A stretch of 33,704 bases of DNA from IMG/VR virus record IMGVR_UViG_3300025723_000117, positions 1 through 33,704 of that record; one strand, written 5' to 3'. Shown here piece after piece: positions 23,928-32,890 of the stretch. Both the position numbers and the translations under genes were made by a program. The notes under the pieces were generated by a model. That model had not been told where the DNA came from, searched no databases, and saw only the letters and a list, made by a program, of their open reading frames with translations. Position 1 is the stretch's first letter. Each line of letters opens with the position of its first letter. The DNA comes from a virus (Duplodnaviria > Caudoviricetes).

Positions 23928-24088
23928 GCGTGAAGCGCCCCGATTAGCCTCCAGAGGAAATCCGGGGCCAGTTTCAGGGGTATAAATTACCCCTATACAA
24001 ATCCCCAAAATCAGTGGATTCATGCTTTGGACTGTCCCCAAAGTGGACCATTTTTGGTCCACCAAGTGGACTACTTTGGGTGGGGCAC

Positions 24089-24715
24089 ATGCCTGATGTT
24101 GTCCTGAACTGCGGCCAGTCCGTCTTCGTGGACGACGAGGACTACGAGTTTGTGCTCGCGAACCCGTGGTTCGTGCGTCGAAGAGCCGACCGGTCGATCA
24201 GGATCGCGCGGGACGAGTACGCGGGAAGTCGGGTCTTCCGCATTTTCCTGCACCGGGCTATCGCCCTTCGGATGAGACCTGAACTGAAGCCTTATGTGGC
24301 CGAACTGTCAGTGAAGGCCCGCAATGGAGACTACACCGATGTCAGGCGAGTCAATCTGGAAGTCGCTCTTAAAAAGAACCGATCCGGTAGCCCAACCTCA
24401 AAGCCAACCGGCACCTACCGTCGTGGCCCCAAACGGAACATCACCCATGGAACCATCGCCCAGTCAGACATTCCCACCCACACCTCCCCCCTCTGGAGCG
24501 GAGGTGTCGTCAGGACCAGAACTGCCAAATACGCAGGCGGACAGCGGCGCTACGTCACCCTCTACTCTCGAAGAATCGTTGTTGAACATGATGGACGAGG
24601 CGGTCCTGAAGTTTGCGGCGGTGATGTCGGATCACTCGACGCTCAGGGTTGGTGTGGGCGAGAACCAGCGCGAGGTGATGAAGTACTCCTTCGCGGAGAA
24701 GATGAAGGCCGCTGA
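24089..24715 (+). CDS. Degenerate HNH-like protein
   Basis: VDDEDY..V...W...LHR.I...VKARNGDYTDVRRVNLE (compare the usual VDHINGD.LDNRR.NL). Confidence 0.55.
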   Translation: MPDVVLNCGQSVFVDDEDYEFVLANPWFVRRRADRSIRIARDEYAGSRVFRIFLHRAIALRMRPELKPYVAELSVKARNGDYTDVRRVNLEVALKKNRSGSPTSKPTGTYRRGPKRNITHGTIAQSDIPTHTSPLWSGGVVRTRTAKYAGGQRRYVTLYSRRIVVEHDGRGGPEVCGGDVGSLDAQGWCGREPARGDEVLLRGEDEGR

Positions 24716-25022
24716 GTTCGTCCGGGACTGGGTGAGCCGCCGCCGGAAGCTGGTGCCGACAGCCACGTCGGAGGACGACGCCCCCAACATCAGTGAACTG
24801 CGCAAGGCGATCCGCGAGGAGACGCTGGCGACACTGGAGCGGGAGCGGGTGCTGCGCGCTCCCCCGAAGAAACACGGTCGCCCCACCAAGGAGGAGGCCG
24901 CGAACCGCAAGGCGGTGGCCGAGGCCGCTGTCGAAGCCACGGAGGTTTACCAGCTTCTGGATGACGCCGCCGCCGGGTTCGAAGACGACGGCCAACTCCA
25001 GCGCGCACTGCGAGGCGAGTGA
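24324..25022 (+). CDS. Hypothetical protein, possible terminase small subunit (start uncertain: 24324/24339/24588)
   Basis: Helical charged C-terminal half with GRPTK motif; lies upstream of TerL. Confidence 0.5.
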   Translation: METTPMSGESIWKSLLKRTDPVAQPQSQPAPTVVAPNGTSPMEPSPSQTFPPTPPPSGAEVSSGPELPNTQADSGATSPSTLEESLLNMMDEAVLKFAAVMSDHSTLRVGVGENQREVMKYSFAEKMKAAEFVRDWVSRRRKLVPTATSEDDAPNISELRKAIREETLATLERERVLRAPPKKHGRPTKEEAANRKAVAEAAVEATEVYQLLDDAAAGFEDDGQLQRALRGE

Positions 25023-25309
25023 TGGCGCACATCATCTTCTGGCTTGAGGTCAACATCGTGAACAACCGGAAGACCCGGTTGAGGGCAGACCGGATCATCG
25101 AACTACGGGATGACTGGGTCAGCGAGGGCAAGGGCAAGCCAAAGAAGCCCATCGTCCGCATCATCATGGAGGGTGGGACCAATGTCGTGGCCGAAGGAGA
25201 AACGATGGAAGACCTGTGGGACCGTCTCAAGGTGGCCCTGCAGCAGCCCTTCCAGAATTGTCCTGCCCCAGAGCGGGCCTTTGTCGAGCCAGAGGAAGAT
25301 GACGTTTGA
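25022..25309 (+). CDS. Hypothetical protein (FlbD/SwrD-like pattern)
   Basis: IIEL...VRIIMEGGTNVV..ETMEDL..RL. Confidence 0.55.
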   Translation: MAHIIFWLEVNIVNNRKTRLRADRIIELRDDWVSEGKGKPKKPIVRIIMEGGTNVVAEGETMEDLWDRLKVALQQPFQNCPAPERAFVEPEEDDV

Positions 25310-25490
25310 GGAGGCCGTCGAGGCCCTCTGGGAGGGGAAGGTCATCAGAAGGGCGGGATGGGAAGACCCGGACCGCTTCTGTTACCTGACCCTGCAAACC
25401 CAAGACGAGGGCGTCTGCCTCTACACCGCGAACGTCTCTGCCGAAGATAGCGACCAGAACGACTGGTACATCTGGGGGTACGTGCATTGA
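25299..25490 (+). CDS. Tad2/DUF2829-like protein
   Basis: MTFEEAVEAL.EGK.IRRAGW...S.ED....DW. Confidence 0.65.
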   Translation: MTFEEAVEALWEGKVIRRAGWEDPDRFCYLTLQTQDEGVCLYTANVSAEDSDQNDWYIWGYVH

Positions 25491-25732
25491 AAGCTTACAT
25501 CGAACTGGTCACCAAGGGCGCTCGCCGCGCCATTGTGGACATCGCTTCCATCAAGGCCATCTTCACGGCTGCGGGTCAGGACATCGGCACCATGGCGTCC
25601 CCTGACGAGCCGCTGACCATCCTGTTGAACGACGGCACCGAGTTTGAGGTCTTCGGCATCAGCGCAGAAGCCATCATGCAGCAGCTACAGGCCTATGGGA
25701 GGATCGACGGATGTCTGTGGCTCCCCAGATGA
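25487..25732 (+). CDS. Hypothetical protein (FlbD/SwrD-like pattern)
   Basis: IKAI...TILLNDGTEFEV...AEAI...L; TTG start overlapping the upstream stop. Confidence 0.55.
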   Translation: MKAYIELVTKGARRAIVDIASIKAIFTAAGQDIGTMASPDEPLTILLNDGTEFEVFGISAEAIMQQLQAYGRIDGCLWLPR

Positions 25733-27570
25733 GCGACCGGGTCAATCTCGACACGACCCCTAGCTGGCTGCCCGCGTTCCGCATCTTCCTGTCCAAGGTG
25801 AAGATCGCGTCGAAGGAGATGAAGGAGCCGGGTCCGATCACGCTCTACCGGGCTCAGGAGATGTTCCTGTCCGAGATGGCAGAGGGCATCCGTGAGGGAA
25901 CGCGCCACTTCGTGATCCTGAAGGCTCGTCAGCTTGGCATGTCCACCGTCATGCTCGTTCTCGACCTGTTCTGGCTCTACATGAACCCCGGCCTTCAGGG
26001 GGCCATGATCGCGGACACCGCCGACAACCGCGAGAACTTCCGAAAGCAGATGGGCGACATCATCGAAACTCTGCCCAAGGGTTGGCGCATCCCCATCGTG
26101 GCCCACAACCGGAACGAACTGCGCCTCGCGAACGGGTCGGTCCTCCAGTACATGAGCGCGGGCAAGGGCCGGAACTCCGGTCTGGGCCGGTCCCGCGCGC
26201 TCAACTTCGTCCACGCCACGGAAATCTCGTCGTGGGGCGACCAGAAGGGCATCGACAGCCTCATGGCCGCTCTGGCGCAGGAGAACCCGAACCGGCTCTA
26301 CATCTTCGAAAGCACGGCGCTGGGCTTCAACGTGTTCCACGACATGTGGAACGAGGCCAAGGAGAGCCACCCGACCCAGAAGGCGATCTTCATCGGCTGG
26401 TGGGCCAAGGACATCTACCGCTTCGTGGAGGGCTCGCCCGAGTACGAACGCTGGTGGGGGGTGTACCCCAAGCTGACGGAAGCCGAAGCCGAGACCGCGA
26501 CCATGGTCAAGGAAGCCTACGACTGGACCATCACGTCCGAACAGTGGGCGTGGTACCGCGAGAAGGCGGACAAGCGCTCCCGCGAGAGCCTTCAGGAAGA
26601 GTTCCCCTCGACCGAGGAGGAGGCCTTCGTGGCGTCCGGGCACAGCTTCTTCAACAAGGAGAAGCTGAACCAAGACCTGATGTTCATCCACCACAACCGG
26701 CCCACCTTCCGGGGGATGAACTACGATCTGGGCGAGAACTTCCTGTCCATGAAGGTGGAGGAAGCAACCGACATCGACGGGCTGGACCTGAGGGTGTGGG
26801 AGCCGCCGAAGAAGAACGGGGTCTACGTGATCGGGGTGGACCCGGCCTACGGGCGAGGCGGGGACGCCGACCGGTCTGTCATCAGCGTCTGGAGATGCTT
26901 CTCCGACAAGGTCATACAGGTGGCTGAATATGCGACCGAAAAGCCCGAAACACGCCAAGTGGCGTGGGTCATGTGCCACCTCGCTTCCGAGTACCGAGAC
27001 TGCATCATCAACCTCGAAATCAACGGTCCGGGTGGGCAGATCATGCAGGAACTCACCTCGCTGAAGCAGCATCTCCAGTGGGGCCACCTGAAGGACACGG
27101 CGCAATCCCTGAAGACGGAGGACTGCCTCGACGGGGCCAAGTGGTTCCTCTGGCACCGGCCCGACAGCATGGGCAAGGGCTACGCCTACAACTGGTCCAC
27201 GACCTTCAACAACAAGATGCTCCTGTTCAACAAGTACCGCGATTGCTACTCGACCGAACAGGCCATCGTCCGCTCTCTCCATCTGCTGGAAGAGATGCTG
27301 ACCCTGAAGCAGGACGGGGACCACATCGGCGCGTCCGGGAGGAACCACGACGACCGGGTGTTCGCTGCCGGTCTTGCGGTGTACGCTTGGGACCAATGGC
27401 GTCGTGTCGGGATGATGGCCGAGAACCGGAGCTACGAGCGTGAGATGGCCGAGCAGAACCGGATCGAATCGACCAGCACCGACCACGTCATGGGTCACAT
27501 CATTCCGAACTTCCTTGCAGCACAGGCTGCGAAGCGCCGTCAGGCGTATCTCGACTCACTGGACGACTGA
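25711..27570 (+). CDS. terL: Terminase large subunit
   Basis: ILKARQLGMST Walker A, FVHATE Walker B variant, ESTA coupling motif, IGVDPAYG and HDDRV nuclease motifs. Confidence 0.95.
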   Translation: MSVAPQMSDRVNLDTTPSWLPAFRIFLSKVKIASKEMKEPGPITLYRAQEMFLSEMAEGIREGTRHFVILKARQLGMSTVMLVLDLFWLYMNPGLQGAMIADTADNRENFRKQMGDIIETLPKGWRIPIVAHNRNELRLANGSVLQYMSAGKGRNSGLGRSRALNFVHATEISSWGDQKGIDSLMAALAQENPNRLYIFESTALGFNVFHDMWNEAKESHPTQKAIFIGWWAKDIYRFVEGSPEYERWWGVYPKLTEAEAETATMVKEAYDWTITSEQWAWYREKADKRSRESLQEEFPSTEEEAFVASGHSFFNKEKLNQDLMFIHHNRPTFRGMNYDLGENFLSMKVEEATDIDGLDLRVWEPPKKNGVYVIGVDPAYGRGGDADRSVISVWRCFSDKVIQVAEYATEKPETRQVAWVMCHLASEYRDCIINLEINGPGGQIMQELTSLKQHLQWGHLKDTAQSLKTEDCLDGAKWFLWHRPDSMGKGYAYNWSTTFNNKMLLFNKYRDCYSTEQAIVRSLHLLEEMLTLKQDGDHIGASGRNHDDRVFAAGLAVYAWDQWRRVGMMAENRSYEREMAEQNRIESTSTDHVMGHIIPNFLAAQAAKRRQAYLDSLDD

Positions 27571-27577
27571 GGAGCCC

Positions 27578-28126
27578 ATGGCGCGCTTGAAGTACGGCAC
27601 CTACTACTGCGACGAGTGCGACCTGACGTTCAAGTCGTTCCGGGAGGCAGATGGCCCTCTGCCCGACTGCCCGATCTGCGTACCCGACACGACGCCGTTT
27701 GAGGCCAAGGCCCCGGCCATCATCGGGATCAAGGCCAAGGCCATCGACATCGCGCAGAAAATCGCTGAGGAGAGCTTCGGCCTCACCGACATGAACGACA
27801 ACAACCGCCCCGGCGACCTGATCGTGAAGAACCCGGCACCGATCCAGACGGCTGAGAGCGAGCAGATCACGCGCGAGATGATGGCCTACACGAACGCCAC
27901 CCCGGAGCAGGCCCCGCATCTGCAGGACTACGTGAAGAACTTCTTCGGGGCGGCGCAGAACTTGCCGTCCGCCGATCCGCAGGCCGTCATCAGCGGCGCG
28001 GCCCCGGCTGCGGCAGAGGCGCGGTCCATGGGGAAAGACCCCATTTCGATCCTGCAGAGCAAACAGGTGCAAAACCGTGGTATTAACAATCTCACCGTGG
28101 TCGCCAGAGACGATATGAAGCGATGA
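27578..28126 (+). CDS. Zn-ribbon (FmdB-like) protein
   Basis: YYCDECD...CPIC; GAGGAG SD. Confidence 0.7.
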   Translation: MARLKYGTYYCDECDLTFKSFREADGPLPDCPICVPDTTPFEAKAPAIIGIKAKAIDIAQKIAEESFGLTDMNDNNRPGDLIVKNPAPIQTAESEQITREMMAYTNATPEQAPHLQDYVKNFFGAAQNLPSADPQAVISGAAPAAAEARSMGKDPISILQSKQVQNRGINNLTVVARDDMKR

Positions 28127-29805
28127 AACTCCCTTCCAGACACATCGGGCCGTGGGTCAAGGAAATCATCACGGAGTGCACCGTCAGCCGTGAATCTCGA
28201 CGCAATGCGGGCCGGTTCTGGCAGAACCTCTACTACAACGGTGCGGCTGGGGGACAGGCCCGCGACAACATGTGCTACTCCCATGTGGACAAGCTGTCGT
28301 CGTATCTGTTCAGCCCAGCAGATGTGCGGTTCGACTGCACCTTCGAAGTGGACGAGACGCCGCGCTGGTTCGGCGCTGCCGACATCACGTCTCGCCACCT
28401 GACGCGCGAGTTCCGCCGCTCCCGCTGCGGCCTGACGTTCGCTCAGGGCGTGGACATGGCTCTGGTGAAGGGCTCTGCCATCCTGAAGCTGACGTGGGGC
28501 TCAAAAGGGTACCATCCCCACCTGATCCGCCCGGAAATGTTCGGGGTGCTCCGCGAGGACGTGGAGGACTTGGACGAACAGGACGCGTTCGTCTGCTCCT
28601 ACTACCTGACCCCCGCTCAGTTTGAGCGGATGATGGAAGGCCACCCGAAGGCGGCAGCCATCGTGGAGGAGGTGACGGAAACGAAGGTCTCTCTCCAGAG
28701 GGAGGACTACGAGCAGGACTACTTCCACGAAATCGTGGTCGGGGGCACCCAGCCGATCAGCTACACGACCGCGAACAACCAGCGCGGCGCAGTCAGCTTC
28801 ACGGGTGCTCCACAGGCCCAGCTTTCGCCTCAGGTCGCGGAGCGCCTGCTGCGCGTGGACGAGTGCTGGATCATGAACGATGAGGCCCGAGAGGGTCAGG
28901 GCGACTGGACCACGATCCGCATGGTGGGCGACACCGTCATCGATGGCGAGTACCGCTACCAGAACCTCTGCGACATCCCCGGCCAGAACCCGTTCATCAA
29001 GATTTGCGCCAACGAGACCCCCGGCTACTTCTGGGGTCGTTCGGAACTGGCCACTGTGTGCCAGCCACAGATTTGGCTGAACGAGCGTCTGGACGACATC
29101 GACCGCATCTTCAAGCGGCAGGCCAATCCGTCGCGGGCCTACACCGGCTTCTCATCCATCACCGACGAGAAGGCGCGCATCCTGAACTCCCCCGGCGGGG
29201 TGCTGACGGACGCGCAGGCCCCCAACGCCAAGATCGACACCCTCGCCCCCTCCATGCCGCCGAACTCCATGGAGTACATCTCCATGATCCGTCAGGTGTT
29301 CGAAGAGTCGGGCGGCTTCACCGCGATGACCTCCGGGCAGGGCGATAGCGGCGTTCGCTCCGGTGCTCAGGCCAACACGCTGCTCAAGACCTCCTCCCCC
29401 CGGCTGCGGGACCGCGCGCTGGTGGTCGAGGACCAGTGCGCCTCCTTTGGCGACCTGTGCCTGAAGATGTCTCAGGTGAAGGACGCGCGCGTGTTCTCCC
29501 AGCCGAAGAAGGGCATCTTCGGGAAGGTGAACGACTTCACGCTGGCCCAGCTTCCCGACGACATTCAGGTGATGGTGGATAGCCACACCTCGTCCCCGGC
29601 GTTCAGCGGCGACAACATGCAGCTTGCCTTCGCTCTGGCTGGGCGCGGAGCCATCGACGGGGAGGCCCTGATCAAGATGACCCACCCCCCGTATCAGGAC
29701 GAACTCATCCTGTCCTACCGCCAGCGCGAGGAAGCCAAGGCTGAGTTCATGAAGCAGCACCCGGAACTGGCTGTTCCGCATGGGAAACAGAAAAAGGCGA
29801 CCTAG
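28123..29805 (+). CDS. Portal protein (P22-like)
   Basis: 560 aa directly after the TerL block; PF..ICAN..PGYFWGRSE...Q..LN...NP, GQG..GVRS motifs. Confidence 0.85.
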   Translation: MKLPSRHIGPWVKEIITECTVSRESRRNAGRFWQNLYYNGAAGGQARDNMCYSHVDKLSSYLFSPADVRFDCTFEVDETPRWFGAADITSRHLTREFRRSRCGLTFAQGVDMALVKGSAILKLTWGSKGYHPHLIRPEMFGVLREDVEDLDEQDAFVCSYYLTPAQFERMMEGHPKAAAIVEEVTETKVSLQREDYEQDYFHEIVVGGTQPISYTTANNQRGAVSFTGAPQAQLSPQVAERLLRVDECWIMNDEAREGQGDWTTIRMVGDTVIDGEYRYQNLCDIPGQNPFIKICANETPGYFWGRSELATVCQPQIWLNERLDDIDRIFKRQANPSRAYTGFSSITDEKARILNSPGGVLTDAQAPNAKIDTLAPSMPPNSMEYISMIRQVFEESGGFTAMTSGQGDSGVRSGAQANTLLKTSSPRLRDRALVVEDQCASFGDLCLKMSQVKDARVFSQPKKGIFGKVNDFTLAQLPDDIQVMVDSHTSSPAFSGDNMQLAFALAGRGAIDGEALIKMTHPPYQDELILSYRQREEAKAEFMKQHPELAVPHGKQKKAT

Positions 29806-30362
29806 CCCGGCGCAAACCGAGCCGCCTTCTTCCGGTTCTCATCGCGATGGATCACCCGGAGGTTCTCCGGGACGTGCAGTCCGCAGACGTGCCTGCCCCT
29901 GAGCGGGATGATATGGTCCACCTCGTAAGGTTCCCCGGTCCTCGCTGACAATTGCATGGCAGCGTTGTAGATGGCGACAATGGCTTCACGGTCGGCCCAC
30001 GCAGGGGTCGCAACCCGGATGCGGTCTATTCTGGCGTTGGCGGACGCAATCCGCTTGCCGCGATTGGCTTTGTAATAGGCCCGGTCCTTTTGCCTGCGCT
30101 TGTCGCGATTGGCCTCTCTGTACCGAGTGTCGGCCTCCTTGTGCGCTTGGCGGTTCGCGTCCCGTAACCTTTTTTGGTTGGCCCAGTGGCGCGCCTTATG
30201 CTCGGGAGACGCCTGCTTTTCCTCAATGCAGACCCTGCAATGAGTGGTGCTGGTGTACCGCTCCCCCAAGTGACCCCTGCGGCACGGCCTATCAGACATG
30301 TAGAACCTCAGACCAGAAATCTTGGCAAGTTCTCGATGCGTAAGGGGTTTTTCCGTTTCCAT
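29802..30362 (-). CDS. HNH homing-type endonuclease, antisense insertion
   Basis: PCRRGH..RY...C..C N-terminus; ATPAWAD...YEVDHIIPL.G..VCGLHVPENL......N. Confidence 0.9.
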   Translation of the reverse strand: METEKPLTHRELAKISGLRFYMSDRPCRRGHLGERYTSTTHCRVCIEEKQASPEHKARHWANQKRLRDANRQAHKEADTRYREANRDKRRQKDRAYYKANRGKRIASANARIDRIRVATPAWADREAIVAIYNAAMQLSARTGEPYEVDHIIPLRGRHVCGLHVPENLRVIHRDENRKKAARFAPG

Positions 30363-30540
30363 GTCACTGTCCCAGAAAAGCAAAAACACATTAGATTTCA
30401 AATAGTTGCTACAAAGTCTCGGGGGTGGTACTTTCTTCTCAAGCAGGCTGAGGGGGGTTCCTCCACCACGGTGACTGCGGCATTGCCGGGGGTCGTAGTA
30501 TTGCGACTCCTCCCCCCGGTGTTTCGTAAGGAGAACGCAC

Positions 30541-30576
30541 ATGGCTAAGCGCGGCCGCAAGCATCGTCGGAAGTGA
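30541..30576 (+). CDS. Tiny basic peptide (11 aa)
   Basis: TAAGGAG SD at correct spacing; MAKRGRKHRRK*. Confidence 0.7.
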   Translation: MAKRGRKHRRK

Positions 30577-30671
30577 TTGCAGCATCGGTGATAAGCCGAT
30601 GCTTACGACACTAACTTAAGACCCCCCTGATTGCAAGAGCAGTCCGGGGGGTCAACCCGTAGGAACCCCTA

Positions 30672-31052
30672 ATGGCTATGCCTCCCTTGCCAATGACGCC
30701 TCCGGGCATCGGTTCTGCCGGTGCCGCCGGACCCCGCACCGGAAACCCCGGAGCGGCGGCTGACGCCATGACGAAGGTGAGGGAGGCAATCCACCTCCTT
30801 GAGATCGCTCTTCCGTCTCTGCCGGTCGGCTCCGAGCCGCACAAGGCGGTTCTGAAGATGATCCAAGACGGCTCCAAGATCGCTCCTGTTGGTCAGGAGA
30901 ATGCTGGTGTCCAGCAGGCGACGCTGGCGGGCCTCATGGATCGTGCGAAGCAGATGCAGCAACTGACGGCGCTGCAAGGTTCTATGCAACCGCCCGGTGG
31001 TGCTCCCGCTCCCGGCGGCGGTGCCCCGCCCCCATCACCTCCCGGAATGTAA
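30672..31052 (+). CDS. Pro/Gly-rich head-module protein
   Basis: 126-aa ORF between portal and scaffold. Confidence 0.75.
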   Translation: MAMPPLPMTPPGIGSAGAAGPRTGNPGAAADAMTKVREAIHLLEIALPSLPVGSEPHKAVLKMIQDGSKIAPVGQENAGVQQATLAGLMDRAKQMQQLTALQGSMQPPGGAPAPGGGAPPPSPPGM

Positions 31053-31062
31053 GGAGCCCATC

Positions 31063-31236
31063 ATGGCCACTCTGCCCACCTCTCCCGCCTTCAACCCGCC
31101 GACGCCTTCGCTGGACCCCGATGAGTCCATCGTCCGCATCAACCTGAATCTGGTTGAGATCGGCAACCGTATGTCGCAGCAGCCGAAGGACGCGAAGAAC
31201 GCGTTCCCGCTCAGCCAACTGCCCAACGGCAAGTAA
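31063..31236 (+). CDS. Small head-module protein
   Basis: TAAGGAG SD, MATLPTSP... Confidence 0.7.
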   Translation: MATLPTSPAFNPPTPSLDPDESIVRINLNLVEIGNRMSQQPKDAKNAFPLSQLPNGK

Positions 31237-31268
31237 CCCATTAACCCCCATTAAGGATGCCCCCTCCG

Positions 31269-31841
31269 ATGGCCGTAGAACTAGACGAAGCCGACTACAA
31301 CTCGCTGATCGCGGCGAAGAAGCTGCTTGAGCAACTGAACGGCGATCCGAAGTCGCGCAAGCACCTCACCGCCGGGATCAAGCAGCACTACCCGAACGTC
31401 AGAACGGACGAAGATGTGGCCGAAGAGGTCGCCCGTCCGCATGTCGAGAAGGTGGAGGCTGGTCTCTCCCGCATGGAAGAGATGCTGGCCAAGCTGGCAG
31501 AGCGGGATGCCAAGGCAGAGGAACAGCGGACGCTGTCCAGCCTTGACGCCTCGTTCTCTCGTCTGAAGCGCTCCTACGGATACAACGATGAGGGCATCGA
31601 CAAGATCAAGGCTCTGATGGTGGATCGTTCGATCCCCGATCCAGACGCCGCTGCAGCGCTTTTCGAACGGCTCAACCCGGCTCCCGTGCAGACCCGCTCT
31701 TCGTGGGAACCGGATAGCTGGAATCTGCGAGACGACGCTGTGGAAACGGACGTGCAGGGACTGTTCGCAGACCCTGATCGTTGGGCTGACAAAGAGGTCG
31801 GGAAGATTCTCCTCGACATCCGCAGTCAGAACGAATCCTGA
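31269..31841 (+). CDS. Probable capsid scaffolding protein (alternative start 31257)
   Basis: Charged coiled-coil protein immediately upstream of the capsid gene. Confidence 0.65.
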   Translation: MAVELDEADYNSLIAAKKLLEQLNGDPKSRKHLTAGIKQHYPNVRTDEDVAEEVARPHVEKVEAGLSRMEEMLAKLAERDAKAEEQRTLSSLDASFSRLKRSYGYNDEGIDKIKALMVDRSIPDPDAAAALFERLNPAPVQTRSSWEPDSWNLRDDAVETDVQGLFADPDRWADKEVGKILLDIRSQNES

Positions 31842-31867
31842 GTTTTGGCAGCTAAAGGGGAGTACCT

Positions 31868-32878
31868 ATGCCAGTCTACGGTTCGGGGGTAGTCCCCGCT
31901 TCAGGCGCTATCACGAACGAACTCACCGCAGTCATGCGTCGTGCGTTCGTTCCCAAGCTGGTGGTCCAGATTTACTCTGCGGCCCCGGTTCTTTCTCTGC
32001 TGATGCGGAACGCCCAGCGCGCTCGCGGCGGTCTCTCCCAAGTGACCGTGCCGGTTCAAGGTTCGCAGTTCGTGAACTTCAACTGGGCTGGCTATGACGG
32101 CGGCTTCCCGCAGCCTCAAGTGCTGGCCGCGACCCAGCAGGCCGCGTGGAACCTGAGCGTCGGCACGGTTCCGATCCCGCTGCTGGGCATGGAAAGCCTG
32201 CTGCAGCAGACCGAAACCATCATCCCTCTGGTGAAGGCCCGCATGGCCGACGCCAAGACGGTGGCGGTGCAGGCGATCTCGCAGGCCTTGTTCGGCTCTT
32301 CGGGCACGAACAACCTCGCCATCAACGGCTTCCTCGACGTGTACGACGACGGCACGTCCGTCACGACCTACGGCGGTCTGTCGCGAACTTCCAACCCGTT
32401 CTGGAAGTCCACCAAGATCACTCAGTCGATCACCCCGTCGCGTACCACCCTGATGACCCGGATCATGCAGCTTACCAAGCTGGCCGGGGGCGAGAGCCCG
32501 GACTTCGTCATCATGTCCCTGTCGGACTGGACCACGCTTCTGACCGACTTCATGTCGGTGGAGCAGTTCAACACCGACCCCGGCATCAAGTACGGCAACG
32601 ACGACGCCGTGAACGCCGGGTTCCGGGCGCTGATGCTGGGCAACATCCCGATCCTCGCAGACCCGTTCTGCCCAATCGGCACCGCCTACATCATCAACTC
32701 CAAGTACCTCGGCCTGTACATCTCGGAAGACGCGAACTTCGCGTTCTCTGGCTGGCACTCGCTGATCGCCAACAACCAGATCGCCAACGTCGGTGTGATC
32801 ATCGCAGCCATGGCTCTCGTCTGCACGAAGCCGTCGTCTGGGATGCAGCTTTCCGCCGTTGCCGGTGCCAGCTTCTAA
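31868..32878 (+). CDS. Major capsid protein
   Basis: 336 aa; position; TYGGLSR..N.FW, GF.ALM.GNIPI.AD..CP.GT.Y.INSKYL patterns. Confidence 0.88.
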   Translation: MPVYGSGVVPASGAITNELTAVMRRAFVPKLVVQIYSAAPVLSLLMRNAQRARGGLSQVTVPVQGSQFVNFNWAGYDGGFPQPQVLAATQQAAWNLSVGTVPIPLLGMESLLQQTETIIPLVKARMADAKTVAVQAISQALFGSSGTNNLAINGFLDVYDDGTSVTTYGGLSRTSNPFWKSTKITQSITPSRTTLMTRIMQLTKLAGGESPDFVIMSLSDWTTLLTDFMSVEQFNTDPGIKYGNDDAVNAGFRALMLGNIPILADPFCPIGTAYIINSKYLGLYISEDANFAFSGWHSLIANNQIANVGVIIAAMALVCTKPSSGMQLSAVAGASF

Positions 32879-32890
32879 GGAGACCTCACA

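Noticed and set aside
25693-27498. 601-aa antisense ORF (also 31901-33601, 17568-18584, 8188-9081)
   Set aside because: Shadow ORFs opposite well-supported genes, as expected from high GC3
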